From Actinomycetota bacterium (GTDB taxonomy: Bacteria > Actinomycetota > UBA4738 > HRBIN12): a DNA stretch of 64,000 bases. Both the position numbers and the translations under genes were made by a program. This document shows positions 29,651 to 38,907 of this stretch, piece by piece (position 1 is the stretch's first letter; each line of letters opens with the position of its first letter). Under the pieces are notes generated by a model. That model was not told the origin of the DNA. It ran no database searches and saw only the letters and a list, made by a program, of their open reading frames with translations. The stretch spans positions 11,553 through 75,552 of the forward strand of contig DASXTX010000006.1 in NCBI GenBank assembly GCA_036505195.1. The letters are read 5' to 3'.

Positions 29651-30082
29651 CTAACGCGACGGGCCTCCGCGGAGCGCCCTCGGCCGCAACCTCCATCGGT
29701 ACCGTGCCGTCGTCACAGAGATCAGCAGGGAAACGAAGGCCACGGCCGCGAAGTCCCACCCCCCCTCGGACGGGTCGGCCGAGAGAGCGAACCACCACAG
29801 GTTGACCGCCCCCACGGCCACCGCCGCGACCCAGCCGGGCCACCGGTAGATGTGATCGCCGATGACGCCGCCCGCGAAGTACGGCACCAGCACGAGGGCG
29901 ACGATGCCGAGCGGCACGAGGATGACTGCGGACACTCTGCCTCCGAGCTGGCGACCAAGGACCCATGGCAGCGCGAACACAAGGGCACCTCCGGCGGCCC
30001 ACCCGACGAGGTTGGCGATCCGCCAGAGCCTGAGGGTCGCCCGGTCGAGAGCGTCGAGGTCGCCGCCGCGCATCCGAGTCAC
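29651..30082 (-). CDS. small polytopic membrane protein, unknown function
   Basis: 143 aa with about 4 hydrophobic helices. GTG overlaps the stop of the upstream gene (GTGA). Confidence 0.55.
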   Translation of the reverse strand: MTRMRGGDLDALDRATLRLWRIANLVGWAAGGALVFALPWVLGRQLGGRVSAVILVPLGIVALVLVPYFAGGVIGDHIYRWPGWVAAVAVGAVNLWWFALSADPSEGGWDFAAVAFVSLLISVTTARYRWRLRPRALRGGPSR

Positions 30083-30660
30083 CCCTCCAGGATCGAAGGG
30101 AGCACACCCAACTCCCGCAGGTCGATACGGATCGGTCCGAGCCGCTGGGTCCGCGAATGACAGGTGGACTCGCCCGGGATGGGCTCACAGCCCGAGTCGT
30201 ACCAGCCGCTCCCGGCGACCACGCCGCCAGAGGGCCTGTCGATCTCGACCCATGCCATGTCGGAGGTCCGCGATCCGCTCTCGGAGGTTGCCAGGGCGGA
30301 GCGCTGACCGTGCAGCTGTAACCACCAGGATGGTCCGCCCGGATCGGGAGGAGGTCGCCTCACCACGAACTGGAGCCCGAGCGTATCGCCGAGGTCGGCC
30401 ACGCGAACGAGCGTCCACGCAGAGTCTCCGACGTCGAAGGAGTACCCGACCGGCGCGCCTTCGGCGGCCCCAATCCGGTCGTCGAGGCCGCGTTGGGGTG
30501 GAAACACGATGGTCGCTAGCACCGCGAGCGCGATCACGATCCCGATCCATACGTACCGATGGAGGGCTCGACGTCGGAAGTCTCGGAGCGCCGCCCGCAC
30601 CACGTCGGGTGACGAGACGTCGCCGAGCGAACGCAGATCGATCGGCGCCTCATCACTCAT
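30079..30660 (-). CDS. putative anti-sigma factor (single-pass membrane protein)
   Basis: ATGA overlap with the ECF sigma stop. Short cytoplasmic N-terminus, one TM (YVWIGIVIALAVLATIVF), and a ~130-aa external domain. No HxxxCxxC zinc motif. Assignment is by position only. Confidence 0.5.
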   Translation of the reverse strand: MSDEAPIDLRSLGDVSSPDVVRAALRDFRRRALHRYVWIGIVIALAVLATIVFPPQRGLDDRIGAAEGAPVGYSFDVGDSAWTLVRVADLGDTLGLQFVVRRPPPDPGGPSWWLQLHGQRSALATSESGSRTSDMAWVEIDRPSGGVVAGSGWYDSGCEPIPGESTCHSRTQRLGPIRIDLRELGVLPSILEG

Positions 30661-31115
30661 GACGTGTACGCCTCCCTGAGCCGGCCGCGAGCGCGGTGCA
30701 GCCGCACGCGGAACGTCTCCGGCGTAACACCGAGCATCCGGGCCACCTCGATCGGCTCGAACCCGAGGACGTCGACTATCACGAGCGCCTCACGGTCGGC
30801 GAACCCGAGTGATGCGAGGGCGCGCTCGAGATCCATCCGCTCTTCCGGATCGGGTCCCTGGACGCTCGCCTCGTCCGGCACGTGAGGCCGGCGTTCGAAC
30901 AGCCCCGCTCGCGCCGCCTCGAACACCACCCGGCGGGCGATCCCGAACAACCAGGTGCGCACCGAGGAATCGCCGCGGAACCGATGCGCTGCTGAGCATG
31001 CCCGCACGAACGTCTCCTGCGTGAGCTCCTCCGCGTCCAACGGGTTGCCGATGAGGCGGAGGAAGTAGGCGAAGACGGCCTGCTGGTGGGCCCGGAACAC
31101 ATCCTCAAGCTCCAA
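30657..31115 (-). CDS. ECF-type sigma-70 family sigma factor
   Basis: 152 aa. Region 2 (AEELTQETFVRA, WLFGIARRV) and region 4 (REALVIVDVLGFEPIEVARMLGVTPETFRVRLHRARGRL). Confidence 0.85.
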   Translation of the reverse strand: MELEDVFRAHQQAVFAYFLRLIGNPLDAEELTQETFVRACSAAHRFRGDSSVRTWLFGIARRVVFEAARAGLFERRPHVPDEASVQGPDPEERMDLERALASLGFADREALVIVDVLGFEPIEVARMLGVTPETFRVRLHRARGRLREAYTS

Positions 31116-31175
31116 CCGACGCTCGATGGTCTTTCACGGTAAATGAGTGACGGGGAAGGCTCCAGCGTTACCCGA

Positions 31176-31685
31176 TCATGGTGCGGTCAGACCCGGGATC
31201 TCGCGGACGACGATCCGCTTCGCGTTCATATCCACGTCGAGGATCACATCCTTGAGCACCGGAACGAGCGTCTCGACGCCTTCGTCGTCGACCGCCGACC
31301 AGACGTCGTTCGCCGAGGTGTGGATCACGTCGCGGATGGTTCCGAGCGCGCGCCCCGTGTCGGTCTCGACGGCGCACCCGACGATCCGGTGGTCCCACCA
31401 CGAGCCCTCGGGGAGCTGGGGAGACGCCGATTCGGGGACGACGAGCAGGGCCTTCTGGAGTGCCTCGGCCTGGGCGCGGTCCTCGACACCACGGAACCGG
31501 ACGAGGAGACGATCCTTGTGCGGCCGGGACGACTCGACGGTCAGCGTCCGGCCGTCCTCGAGCCACACGGTCGCACCGTCGTCGAACCGCCCCGAGACCT
31601 CGGAGATCACGAGGACGGCGACCTCACCGGTCACGCCGTGTGCCCGTGTGATCCGGCCGACCACGACGGTCGGCTCGTCCATCAT
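31176..31685 (-). CDS. rimM: 16S rRNA processing protein RimM
   Basis: VVVGRITRAHGVTGEV N-terminal barrel and PRC-barrel C-terminus. In the canonical position after the KH gene. Confidence 0.88.
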   Translation of the reverse strand: MMDEPTVVVGRITRAHGVTGEVAVLVISEVSGRFDDGATVWLEDGRTLTVESSRPHKDRLLVRFRGVEDRAQAEALQKALLVVPESASPQLPEGSWWDHRIVGCAVETDTGRALGTIRDVIHTSANDVWSAVDDEGVETLVPVLKDVILDVDMNAKRIVVREIPGLTAP

Positions 31686-31718
31686 CGCTCCTCGCTGTGG
31701 GTTCGCGGGACCAGACGG

Positions 31719-32036
31719 TCAGTCGACGATCTCGACGCCGGTGTGATGGATCCCCGCGCGCATCCCCGCGGCCTTCATCACGATCCTGATCGCGCGAGCC
31801 GTGCGGCCGCCGCGACCGATGACCTTACCCATGTCGTCCTGCGCGACGCGAAGGGTGAGCAACACGCCGCGTTCGTCGTCGACCTGCTCGACATGGACGG
31901 CGTCCGGATCGTCCACCAACTCGCGCGCGAGGAAGTCGAGGAGATCCTTCATGTTCTCTGGCATGTTCTCCGGCATGTTCTCTGGCATGTTCTCCGGCAT
32001 GTTCTCCGGCATGTTCTCCGGCACGTCTTCCGGCAC
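31719..32036 (-). CDS. KH-domain RNA-binding protein (YlqC/UPF0109-like) with repeat-encoded N-terminus
   Basis: The core MKDLLDFLARELV...GKVIGRGGRTARAIR (GxxG KH motif) begins at ATG 31952. The maximal ORF from GTG 32036 adds (V/M)PE(D/N) x7. Confidence 0.8.
   Translation of the reverse strand: MPEDVPENMPENMPENMPENMPENMPENMKDLLDFLARELVDDPDAVHVEQVDDERGVLLTLRVAQDDMGKVIGRGGRTARAIRIVMKAAGMRAGIHHTGVEIVD
31953..32036 (-). repeat. 12-bp tandem repeat x7 (ATGCCGGAGAAC consensus)
   Basis: Minus-strand reading is GTGCCGGAAGAC GTGCCGGAGAAC, then five copies of ATGCC(G/A)GAGAAC, directly abutting ATGAAG of the KH core. Confidence 0.95.
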
Positions 32037-32052
32037 GCTTCCTGCCAGGCGT

Positions 32053-32343
32053 TCAGGAGGCCCGGGCGGCCTTCGCGTCCTTCTTCTCAGACGTGAAGCG
32101 CTCCCAGATGCCGACCTTGGTCATCAGCACCCTGACGGTGTTGGACGGTTGCGCGCCGACCCGGAGCCAATGCAGCGCACGCTCCTCGTCGATCTCGATC
32201 ACCGAGGGGTCGTCCATCGGCTGATACCTGCCGATGTTCTCGATGAACCGGCCGTCGCGCGGGCTCCGCTGGTCGGCGACGACGACCCGGTAGAAGGGGC
32301 GCTTCTTGGCCCCCAACCGCTTCAACCTGATGCGAACCGACAT
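32053..32343 (-). CDS. rpsP: 30S ribosomal protein S16
   Basis: [24 protein letters not shown] and following S16 sequence. Confidence 0.92.
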   Translation of the reverse strand: MSVRIRLKRLGAKKRPFYRVVVADQRSPRDGRFIENIGRYQPMDDPSVIEIDEERALHWLRVGAQPSNTVRVLMTKVGIWERFTSEKKDAKAARAS

Positions 32344-32370
32344 GTCCCGTACTCCTAACGGATGGATTCC

Positions 32371-33711
32371 CTAACCGATACCCGGGAGGTTCGGCATCCC
32401 CGGGATCCGGGGCATGCGCTTGCCGCCCAGCATGCTCTTCATCATCTTCTTCGCCTGCTCGAACTCCTTGAGCAGCGCGTTGACCTCCGCGGTCGTCACG
32501 CCCGATCCGCGCGCGATCCGCGAGCGCCGGGACCCGCCGATGATAGCGGGATTCTGCCGCTCCTCCCTGGTCATGGACTGGATGATGGCCTGCGCTCGAC
32601 CGATCTGGCCCTCGTCGACCTCGAGGTCCTTGAGCGCGTCCTTGCCCCCAGGGACGCCCGGCAGCATCGCGAGGAGATCCTGCAGGGGGCCGAGCTTGCG
32701 GAGCGCCTGCATCTGGACGAGGAAGTCCTCGAGCGTGAACCGAGCCGAGAGCATCTTCTCCGCGGTCTCGGCGGCCTGCTCCTGGTCCAGGTTCTCCTGC
32801 GCCTTGTCGATCAGGGACAGCACGTCGCCCATCCCCATGATCCGTGACGCCATCCGGTCGGGGTAGAACGGCTCGAGGTCCTCGGGCCGCTCCCCCGTCC
32901 CCGCGAAGAAGACCGGCCTGCCCGTCACCGCCGTGATCGAGAGCGCCGCGCCGCCGCGCGCGTCCCCGTCGATCTTCGTGAGCACGAACCCGGTGGTGTC
33001 CACCTCCCTCATGAAGGCGCGAGCCTGGATCACCGCGTCCTGACCGGTCATCGCGTCGCAGGCCATGACGACGTGGTGGGGATCGATCGCGTCCTTCACG
33101 CGCCGGGCCTCGCGCATCATGTCCTCGTCGACGTGCAGGCGCCCGGCCGTGTCGACGATCACGACGTCGTAGGCCTCGCGACCCGCGTGCTTGACCCCGG
33201 CCTTCGCGACCTTGACCGCGTCCTTGCCGTCCGAGACCACGTCCACGCCGATCTCGCGGCCGAGGGTGGACAGCTGTTCCACGGCGGCGGGGCGCCACAG
33301 GTCGGCGGCGACGAGCAGCGGGCGCTTCCCTTTGGACTTCAGGTGGTGCGCGACCTTCGCGCAGGCGGTCGTCTTCCCCGAGCCCTGCACGCCGGCCATC
33401 ATCACGACGGCCGGTCTGGCGGACGGCAGGGTGAACGCCACCTGGGTGCCACCCATCGTCGCCTGGAGCTCGTCCCGCACGACCTTGATCACCTGCTGGG
33501 CCGGCGTGAGGCTCTTCATGACCTCCTCGGACAGCGCGCGGTCGCGGACCCGGGCCAGCAGGTCGTCGGCGACCTCGGCGGCGACGTCGGCATCCAGCAA
33601 CGCGACGCGCATGTCGGCGATCGCGACGTCCACCTGCTTGGGGTGGAGCTTGCCGCGGGAACGCAGCTTCCTGAAGATGTCGTCGAGACGGCCGGTGAGC
33701 GTGTCGAACAT
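32371..33711 (-). CDS. ffh: signal recognition particle protein Ffh
   Basis: NG domain (GVQGSGKTT, DTAGR) and Met-rich M domain. Confidence 0.92.
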   Translation of the reverse strand: MFDTLTGRLDDIFRKLRSRGKLHPKQVDVAIADMRVALLDADVAAEVADDLLARVRDRALSEEVMKSLTPAQQVIKVVRDELQATMGGTQVAFTLPSARPAVVMMAGVQGSGKTTACAKVAHHLKSKGKRPLLVAADLWRPAAVEQLSTLGREIGVDVVSDGKDAVKVAKAGVKHAGREAYDVVIVDTAGRLHVDEDMMREARRVKDAIDPHHVVMACDAMTGQDAVIQARAFMREVDTTGFVLTKIDGDARGGAALSITAVTGRPVFFAGTGERPEDLEPFYPDRMASRIMGMGDVLSLIDKAQENLDQEQAAETAEKMLSARFTLEDFLVQMQALRKLGPLQDLLAMLPGVPGGKDALKDLEVDEGQIGRAQAIIQSMTREERQNPAIIGGSRRSRIARGSGVTTAEVNALLKEFEQAKKMMKSMLGGKRMPRIPGMPNLPGIG

Positions 33712-33723
33712 CGAGGACCCAGG

Positions 33724-34119
33724 TTACGACCCGGCCGGGGAGGTCTCGGGCGGTCCCTCCAGGACCCGTTCGACGGTTCGGAGCAACTCGGTGGGTGGGA
33801 AGGGCTTGGTGAAGTACTCGTCGGCGCCGAGCGAGAGGACGAACTCACGTCCCTCCTCGCCCGTCGCGGTGATGATGATCACGCGGATGTCGCGGGTCGC
33901 CTCGTGGCCTTTGAGCTCGGCGAGTACGTCCGCGCCGCTCGTCCCGGGGATGTTGAGGTCGAGGAACATGATGTCCGGCGGCCGCTCGCGCACCATCGAC
34001 AATGCCGTCTTGCCGTCGGACGCCTCGCGCGTATCGAACCCCGCGTTCTCCAGGATCAGCCGCATCGCCTCGCGCATCGTCGGATGATCCTCGACGATCA
34101 GGATCTCGGCCCGGGGCAC
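33724..34119 (-). CDS. stand-alone receiver-domain (CheY-like) response regulator
   Basis: 131 aa with ILIVEDHP, DIMFLDLNIPGTSG, and KPF. No output domain. Lies 3 nt after the ftsY stop and 12 nt before the ffh start. Confidence 0.8.
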   Translation of the reverse strand: MPRAEILIVEDHPTMREAMRLILENAGFDTREASDGKTALSMVRERPPDIMFLDLNIPGTSGADVLAELKGHEATRDIRVIIITATGEEGREFVLSLGADEYFTKPFPPTELLRTVERVLEGPPETSPAGS

Positions 34120-34122
34120 GTC

Positions 34123-35148
34123 TCAGCCCCCCAAGAGGCGGGCCGCGAACGCCTCACTCTCGAAGGGCTCCAGATCCCCGACGCTCTCACCGGTGCCGAC
34201 GACCTTGACCGGCACCCCCAGCTGATCGCGCACCGCCAGGACGACTCCCCCCTTCGCCGTGCCGTCGAGCTTCGTCAGCGCCACGCCCGTCACCTCCACC
34301 GCCTCGGTGAAGGCCCGGGCCTGCGCGATCCCATTCTGACCCGTCGTGGCGTCCAGCACGAGCAGCGTTTCATCGGGGGGTCGCCCCACGGCCCTCTCGA
34401 TCACCCGGCGGACCTTCTTCAGCTCCTCCATCAGGGGCTGCTTCGTGTGAAGCCGGCCGGCGGTGTCGACGATCAACACGTCCGAACCTCGTGCTTGCGC
34501 CGCCTGGACCGCGTCGAAGGCGACGGCCCCCGGGTCCGCACCGCGTGCCTGTCGGACCAGGTGCGCGCCGGCGCGCCCGGCCCACACCTCGAGCTGCTCC
34601 GACGCCGCCGCGCGGAAGGTGTCCGAGTTCGCGATGCTCACGCGCTTGCCCTGGCCGGCCAGCCGCGCCGCGAGCTTGCCGATCGTGGTCGTCTTGCCGG
34701 AGCCGTTGACCCCGACCACGAGCACCACGCCCAGGCCCTCGGTCGGCAGTTCGAGCGGCGAGGGTCCTCCCAGGATCGATCGGATCTCGTCGCCGACGAG
34801 CGCCGAGGGGTCGTCTCCCTGCCCGTAGCGTGCCCGAACGTCGCCGACGATCCGAGCCGACGTCGCCGGGCCGACGTCGGCGCCGACGAGCAGCCCCTCG
34901 AGCTCGCTCCAGGGGTCCTCGACCCCGGCCCCGAACGCCGACCGGATCCGCCCCGCGAGCCCGGGGCCGGGCGCTCGGGGCGGGGCCGTGGGGGCCGCGG
35001 CGGTCTGCCGACCACCGGACGCGACGCCCGGACCGCGGCCGCCGGCGGGTGGCGTTCGCCCCGGCGCGGGGCGCCGTCTCGACAGGACGACGCCGAGGAC
35101 GATGCCGACCACGACGAGGCCCACGACGATCGCGACGACGAGCTCCAC
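34123..35148 (-). CDS. ftsY: signal recognition particle receptor FtsY
   Basis: N-terminal TM helix, then NG domain (GVNGSGKTTTIGKLA, DTAGRLH, TKLDGTAKGG). Start at GTG 35148, 12 nt after the smc stop. Confidence 0.88.
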   Translation of the reverse strand: MELVVAIVVGLVVVGIVLGVVLSRRRPAPGRTPPAGGRGPGVASGGRQTAAAPTAPPRAPGPGLAGRIRSAFGAGVEDPWSELEGLLVGADVGPATSARIVGDVRARYGQGDDPSALVGDEIRSILGGPSPLELPTEGLGVVLVVGVNGSGKTTTIGKLAARLAGQGKRVSIANSDTFRAAASEQLEVWAGRAGAHLVRQARGADPGAVAFDAVQAAQARGSDVLIVDTAGRLHTKQPLMEELKKVRRVIERAVGRPPDETLLVLDATTGQNGIAQARAFTEAVEVTGVALTKLDGTAKGGVVLAVRDQLGVPVKVVGTGESVGDLEPFESEAFAARLLGG

Positions 35149-35159
35149 GGTGGCCGAGG

Positions 35160-38100
35160 CTATCGGACGGCGTCGGGCTCGGGGGCCACGACGGTCGCGC
35201 CGGCCTCGCCCGGGGTCGCGCTCGCGGGCGGCGAGTCGATCCGCTGGGCGAGGACCCTGGAAGTGCCCTCCTTGCTCATCGACACCCCGTACATCATCCC
35301 GGCGACCTCCATCGTGCGCTTCTGGTGCGTCACCACGAGGACCTGGGCATCCTTGGCGAAGCCCTCGATCAGGCTGATGAACCGGTGCAGGTTGATGTCG
35401 TCGAGCGCCGGCTCCACCTCGTCCATCAGGTAGAACGGGCTCGGGCGCGCCTTGAAGATCGCGAACAGGAACGCGAGCGCCGTGAGCGCGCGCTCGCCGC
35501 CCGACAGAAGCGAGATGCGCTTCACCCGCTTGCGACCCGGGCGCGCCTCGATCTCGATCCCGGTCGAGAGCGGGTCGCCGGGCTCGGTGGACACCAGCCG
35601 CCCCTCGCCGCCGGGGAACAGCTCGCCGATCAGCCGCTCGAACTCGGCGGCCACGTCCCGGTAGGCGGCCTCGAACGTGGTCACGATCTCGGTCTCGATC
35701 CGCTGGATCACCTCGAGCAGGTCCCGGCGCGCCCTGCGGACGTCCTCGAGCTCCCGGTGCAGGAAGTCGTGGCGCTCCTGCAGCGCCTCGAACTCGCCCC
35801 CGGCGAGCAGGTTCACGCGTCCGAGCAGTGCGAGCCGCCGCTGGACGAGCTCGGCCGCGCGCTCGAGCCCCGGGACGGTGTCGTCCTCGGACAGCTCGGT
35901 CAGCGCGTCGTCCGGCTCGCGCTGGTGACCCTCTCGCAACACGCGCTCGGCGTCCCGGATCCGGCGCTCGAGATCGCCGCGCGCGCGGTCCTCGTCCTCG
36001 TACGTCTCGCGGAGCCGCTCGAGCTCGGTCGAGGCCTCCCGCCACAGGCGGTTCACCTCCGCCTCCTCGTCGGTGGCCGCGCGCTCGGCGGCCGACGCGG
36101 CCGACCGTGCGGCGGTCCCCGCCTCCAGCGCCGTCTCGGCGGCGGCCAAGCGCTGCTCCCCCTCGCCGCGCGCGCGCGTCGCCTCGTCGGCCTGGGCGCG
36201 CAGCGAGTCGGCGTCCTGGGCCGCCAGCGTGTCGCGCTCGGCGCGGACGGTCGACAGCCGCGTCTGGATCCGGTCGCGCTCGCGGCGGAGCGTTTCCACG
36301 GCGACCCGGGCCTGGATCGGGGGCTCGGGCGTCCGCGGTAGCTCCGGGAGCTCGTGGGCGACGGGCTCGGCGGCCGCGAGGTTCTCGCGCCAGGCGGCGG
36401 CCGCGTCGTCCATCCCGGCCAGCCGTTGCGTGAGGATCTCCTCTTCCTTCCCCACCGAGGAGAGCTCTCCATCGATCCTCGCGATGCGCTCGGCGGCGTG
36501 GGTGATCCGGGAGTCCGCCTCCTCGATCGCCTCCGCGAGTTCGGCCAGCTCCCCCGAGGTCTCGTCGAGCCGCGCGCGTCGTGGCGTCAGCGTCGACACC
36601 GACCGTGCCAGGTCGCGCTCGACGACGGCGAGTTCCCGCCGCACCTCCTCGGCGCGCGAGTCGGCGGTGAGCGTCGTGCGGATCAGGGCGGGTCCGACGA
36701 GCACGCCGTCGGGCGTGACGAACGACGCCTTCGGGTGCTCGGCGTGCTTGGCGGCCGCCTCCTCCAGCGTCTCGGCCAGGTAGATGTCCTTCAGCAGGGT
36801 CGAGGCGAGGCCCCGCACCGCCGGGTCCGCGTCGACGATCGACAGCAGCGTCCGCTCGCCCGAGAGCTCGAACGCGGCCGGCCCGCCGCCGGCCACCGCG
36901 AGCGTGGCGCCCTCGCCGGTCGGGGCGTCGGCCAGCGCGCGGCCCGCGTCCTCGTACACGACGGCGTCGGCGAGCGAGCCGAGCCCGGCTCGGAGCGCGC
37001 GGTCCCAGCCGTCGACCGCGCGGATCAGCTGGCCGAGGAGGCCGACGCCGCGGCCGGCGTGCTCCTCGAGGAAACGGGAGCCCGGGGTGCGCTCGAGGTC
37101 GTCGAGCCGGGCTTGCAGCACGTCGCGGCGCAGCTCGAGGCGGCGCCGACCCTCCTCGAGCTCGGCCACCGTGTCCGAGAGCCCGTGGCGTTCGCGCTCG
37201 AGCTCCGACCGGCGGTCGCCGAGCGGCGACGTGGACGCGTCGAGGCGTTCGACGTCGGCCGCGAGCGCCTCGCGTTCGGCCTCGCCGGCCGTCCTGCGCT
37301 CCCGGACCTGCCCGAGCGAGTCCTCCAGCCGCGAACGCTCCCGATCGTGCGAGGCGAGCGAGCGGCGGAACGTCTCCATCTCGGCGCGGTGCGCGGCGGC
37401 CTCCTCGGCGAGGCGCCGGCGGTCGTCCTCGGCATCGCGCCGGGCGTCCGCCGCCGACGCGAACTCGGACTCCGCCGCCTCGAGCTCCCGGGCGCGGCCC
37501 TCGAGCTCCTCCGCCGTCTCGGCGAACCGGGCCTCGAGCCGGCGCAGATCCTCCTCCAGCGAGGCCATCCGAACACCCCGGTTGGTCTGCGCGGCGACCG
37601 CCTGCCGGGCCTCGGACTCGAGCTCGACCGCGCGCCGGAGCTCGAGCTCGGCCGCGGACTTCGCGGCCTGCGCCTCGACGGACGCCGCTTCCGCTTCCTG
37701 CAGCGCCCAGACGGACCGCGCGCGCTCGTCGGCCGCCGCCGCGACGCGTCCGTCCAGCGCGTCCAGCCGCTCGCGCGCGGCGGTGCGTCGCGCGAGCCCC
37801 TCGTCCCATCCCTCCTTGCGCCGGTCGCGCTCGTCCCACAGGTCGCGCAGCCGCGCGGCCGCCAGACGGACCGCGACGGCATCGGCCTCCGCGGTCAGCG
37901 TCTCGTGCCTCTTGGCCATCTCGGCCTGCTGGCGGAGCGGCTTCAGCTGGCGACGGAGCTCGGCGAGGACGTCCTGGAGCCGGAGCACGTCCTGGTCGAG
38001 CCCGGCGAGCTTGCGTTCGGCGCGCTCCTTGCGCTTGCGGTGTTTCGCGACGCCGGCCGCCTCCTCGATGTAGCTGCGCCGGTCCTCGGGCCGGGCGGTC

Positions 38101-38549
38101 AGCACGTCCTCCAGCTGACCCTGACCGACCACGGTGTGGAGCGCGCGACCGATCCCGGACTCCGAGAGGAGCTCCTGCACGTCGAGGAGGCGGACGACCT
38201 GACCGCCGATCCGATACTCGCTCTCGCCGGAGCGGAAGATCGTGCGGCTGATCTCGATCTCGGTCATCGGGACCGGGATCAGCCCGGCCGAGTTGTCGAT
38301 CACGAGTCGGGCCTCGGCCATCCCGAGGGCCGACCGCTGAGGGCTGCCGGCGAAGATCACGTCGGCCATCTGGCCGCCCCGGAGCGCACGGGGTCCCTGC
38401 TCGCCGAGCACCCAGCTGATCGCGTCCACGAGGTTCGACTTGCCCGAGCCATTCGGTCCGACGATGACCGAGACGCCCGGAGCGAACTCGAGGACCGTCT
38501 TGTCGGCGAACGACTTGAAGCCTCGGACCTGCAGGGAGCGGAGGAACAT
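35160..38549 (-). CDS. smc: chromosome segregation protein SMC
   Basis: 1129 aa. N-terminal Walker A (GPNGSGKSN), long coiled coils with a hinge, and C-terminal LSGGERALTALAFLFAI / Walker B YLMDEVEPALD. Confidence 0.92.
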   Translation of the reverse strand: MFLRSLQVRGFKSFADKTVLEFAPGVSVIVGPNGSGKSNLVDAISWVLGEQGPRALRGGQMADVIFAGSPQRSALGMAEARLVIDNSAGLIPVPMTEIEISRTIFRSGESEYRIGGQVVRLLDVQELLSESGIGRALHTVVGQGQLEDVLTARPEDRRSYIEEAAGVAKHRKRKERAERKLAGLDQDVLRLQDVLAELRRQLKPLRQQAEMAKRHETLTAEADAVAVRLAAARLRDLWDERDRRKEGWDEGLARRTAARERLDALDGRVAAAADERARSVWALQEAEAASVEAQAAKSAAELELRRAVELESEARQAVAAQTNRGVRMASLEEDLRRLEARFAETAEELEGRARELEAAESEFASAADARRDAEDDRRRLAEEAAAHRAEMETFRRSLASHDRERSRLEDSLGQVRERRTAGEAEREALAADVERLDASTSPLGDRRSELERERHGLSDTVAELEEGRRRLELRRDVLQARLDDLERTPGSRFLEEHAGRGVGLLGQLIRAVDGWDRALRAGLGSLADAVVYEDAGRALADAPTGEGATLAVAGGGPAAFELSGERTLLSIVDADPAVRGLASTLLKDIYLAETLEEAAAKHAEHPKASFVTPDGVLVGPALIRTTLTADSRAEEVRRELAVVERDLARSVSTLTPRRARLDETSGELAELAEAIEEADSRITHAAERIARIDGELSSVGKEEEILTQRLAGMDDAAAAWRENLAAAEPVAHELPELPRTPEPPIQARVAVETLRRERDRIQTRLSTVRAERDTLAAQDADSLRAQADEATRARGEGEQRLAAAETALEAGTAARSAASAAERAATDEEAEVNRLWREASTELERLRETYEDEDRARGDLERRIRDAERVLREGHQREPDDALTELSEDDTVPGLERAAELVQRRLALLGRVNLLAGGEFEALQERHDFLHRELEDVRRARRDLLEVIQRIETEIVTTFEAAYRDVAAEFERLIGELFPGGEGRLVSTEPGDPLSTGIEIEARPGRKRVKRISLLSGGERALTALAFLFAIFKARPSPFYLMDEVEPALDDINLHRFISLIEGFAKDAQVLVVTHQKRTMEVAGMMYGVSMSKEGTSRVLAQRIDSPPASATPGEAGATVVAPEPDAVR

Positions 38550-38620
38550 CGGAGGTCGATGCTAACAGTGGCCCTCGCCCCGGCCGCGCATCCCGCCGGG
38601 GAAAGTTCGGTGCCCGAGCT

Positions 38621-38890
38621 TCACCCGGTGACCCGGAACCCGGTCTCTCCCAAGGGGTCCTCGACCACCGCATCCAGGTGGTCCACGTTCGCGAGGTCCG
38701 GACCGACGCCGCTCCACGCGACCATCTCGTCGACTGCCGCGTCGGGGCCCTCGAACGCGGCTTCCACCCGGCCGTCGGGCAGGTTGCGGACGTACCCCGT
38801 GAGGCCGAGCCCCCGCGCGAGGCGGGCGCAGCTCGCACGGTAGAAGACGCCTTGGACGCGGCCCGACGCGACGACGCGGACCCGCTTCAT
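38621..38890 (-). CDS. acyP: acylphosphatase
   Basis: 89 aa with VSGRVQGVFYR and GYVRNLPDGRVE motifs. Confidence 0.85.
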   Translation of the reverse strand: MKRVRVVASGRVQGVFYRASCARLARGLGLTGYVRNLPDGRVEAAFEGPDAAVDEMVAWSGVGPDLANVDHLDAVVEDPLGETGFRVTG

Positions 38891-38907
38891 CCGGGCATAC
38901 TAGGTCT

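Noticed and set aside
27581-30160. 859-aa plus-strand ORF.
   Set aside because: It is antisense to lepB, rplS, trmD and the membrane gene, all of which have clear family motifs. Its composition is the low-complexity Arg/Pro/Asp type.
31145-31172. ECF-type promoter GGTAAC-N14-CGTC as an annotated feature.
   Set aside because: The spacer is shorter than the usual 16-17 nt and there is only one weak match. It is mentioned only as a testable idea in the ECF finding.
34123-38838. 1571-aa minus-strand ORF spanning ftsY and smc.
   Set aside because: Only its last 341 aa (FtsY) look like protein. The upstream part is an Arg/Ala/Gly/Pro-rich alternative frame of smc, whereas the 35160-38549 frame has clear SMC motifs.
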